A stretch of DNA of 18,417 nucleotides, from NCBI GenBank assembly GCA_038740615.1, contig JAVYLQ010000009.1:1-18417 (forward strand), written 5' to 3'. The notes below the pieces were generated by a model that ran no database searches, was not told the DNA's origin, and saw only the letters and a program-made list of their open reading frames with translations. Shown piece after piece: positions 17,286 to 18,417 of the stretch. The stretch is from Candidatus Anstonellales archaeon. GTDB lineage: Archaea; Micrarchaeota; Micrarchaeia; Anstonellales; J096. The translations under genes were made by a program, and so were the position numbers. The stretch's first letter is position 1, and the number at the start of each line of letters is the position of its first letter.

Positions 17286-18417
17286 TATCTCACCTTACCC
17301 AGACCTGGTAAGAAGATCTCCCCACCTAGATATTCTGACAATGATATGATAGCTACAAAAGTTATAAAAATAGTTATTAATGGCAATGTTATCATTCTGA
17401 ATACAGCATAACCCAAGTAATCAAAAAGATGGTTATCGTTTAGCATAGGAGTCATCTGATTGCATTTTGAACAATCTGGGGATGGTGGAAATCTGAGCAG
17501 ATCTTGAGGGATTGAGGAAGATAGACTACAGTCTCTTTCTATTGGATAGATAGGTAGATATACTTTCGATAATTGATCTAACATTACATTTGGAGAAAGC
17601 TCTGCTCCATCAAAATATGTAGATTTAATATTTCTCCATATATCTGATGGTTTCTGCTCTGTTTTGATTCTATATATATTCTTACATATAGTTTCACTAG
17701 GACACATGGAATTATCAGAATATCCGCAATCTATACCAAAATCCTGTTCAGGATCACACACCCCATATGCTTCATAAGGAATCTCAACTTGCTGTTTGAG
17801 CAATTCTATAAATTGTTGAATATAATTGTTTACGGTTTGTGAACAGCCAGCTATCTTCAGTATATCATCTGTGTTTACACTATTTATAGAATTGTCTCTG
17901 TGTATGTTTATTACTAATTGCAACACATCTAGGACGTCGTTTCCTCCACACGAAGTACTCCATATATTACCAAATCTTTTTTTCCAATTCGAGAAATCAT
18001 TATCAGATACTACATTTATACTATTTTTATTAATTATGATCTTATTTATATATTCGTCTCTAAACTTCTGGATAATCTGCTCTTCTGGTGTATTAAAACC
18101 GATCCAGTTATAGATTGTATTAAAAATCGGATAGTTGGAAGGGAGATTAGAATCGGCTGATGGTTTCTGCTGCCCTCTAATCTGCAAGGCCTTATCTCCA
18201 TATCCGCTTCCGTATTGAAGATTTACACTATCTTTTAGAGTCTGATCATCCGGAGGGATTGAATTTATTGCAGAATGTATAGATTTTATAGGATGAGATG
18301 CACTAGAAGGATCATAACATAATATATCATTTGCATGAACAAGATTATACATAGCTCCACATGTGATTAGTATATCTGCTTTCCACACCTGTTTAATGTT
18401 TTCATTTATTATATCGC
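17285..18417 (-). CDS. C-terminal part of a larger membrane protein of the same family with a big Cys-rich extracellular loop (5'-truncated by window)
   Basis: The frame stays open from GTG 18388 to the window edge (..DIINENIKQVWKAD). It ends in TM LPLITIFITFVAIISLSEYLGGEIFLPGLGKVR, like the C-termini of the three downstream paralogs. Confidence 0.75.
   Translation of the reverse strand, partial: DIINENIKQVWKADILITCGAMYNLVHANDILCYDPSSASHPIKSIHSAINSIPPDDQTLKDSVNLQYGSGYGDKALQIRGQQKPSADSNLPSNYPIFNTIYNWIGFNTPEEQIIQKFRDEYINKIIINKNSINVVSDNDFSNWKKRFGNIWSTSCGGNDVLDVLQLVINIHRDNSINSVNTDDILKIAGCSQTVNNYIQQFIELLKQQVEIPYEAYGVCDPEQDFGIDCGYSDNSMCPSETICKNIYRIKTEQKPSDIWRNIKSTYFDGAELSPNVMLDQLSKVYLPIYPIERDCSLSSSIPQDLLRFPPSPDCSKCNQMTPMLNDNHLFDYLGYAVFRMITLPLITIFITFVAIISLSEYLGGEIFLPGLGKVR

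Noticed and set aside
17826..18113. Plus-strand 95-aa ORF
   Set aside because: Antisense shadow of the truncated membrane-protein gene.
18386..18388. GTG start for the last ORF
   Set aside because: The frame is open to the window edge and the protein lacks the N-terminal TMs expected for the family; the true start lies outside the window.

Overview
Gene-dense, AT-rich archaeal chromosomal segment. Its lipobox-bearing Cys-rich surface proteins, compact housekeeping genes and overlapping ORFs look DPANN/Micrarchaeota-like, but the taxonomy is inference. Left part: the 5' end of a probable protein-only RNase P (HARP) gene missed by the ORF track, a short RecJ-like DHH/DHHA1 nuclease, a lipoprotein with an 81-bp in-frame tandem duplication, cutA, two orphan ORFs, a polytopic membrane-anchored double-AAA (Cdc48-like) ATPase, a DUF373 protein with a PRC-barrel-like tail, argS and a small stand-alone RsmF-type PUA-like protein. 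Right part (9.9-18.4 kb, minus strand, runs off the window): a tightly coupled operon of at least four related polytopic membrane proteins with CedA/VirB6-like motifs, followed by a 1369-aa Cys-rich lipoprotein. This operon is the best candidate for an undescribed envelope or cell-contact machine. First genes of transcription units have a TTTAAA box about 27-30 bp before the ATG (leaderless), while internal genes carry GGTG/GGAGG Shine-Dalgarno sites. No RNA genes, CRISPR arrays or mobile elements were recognised.
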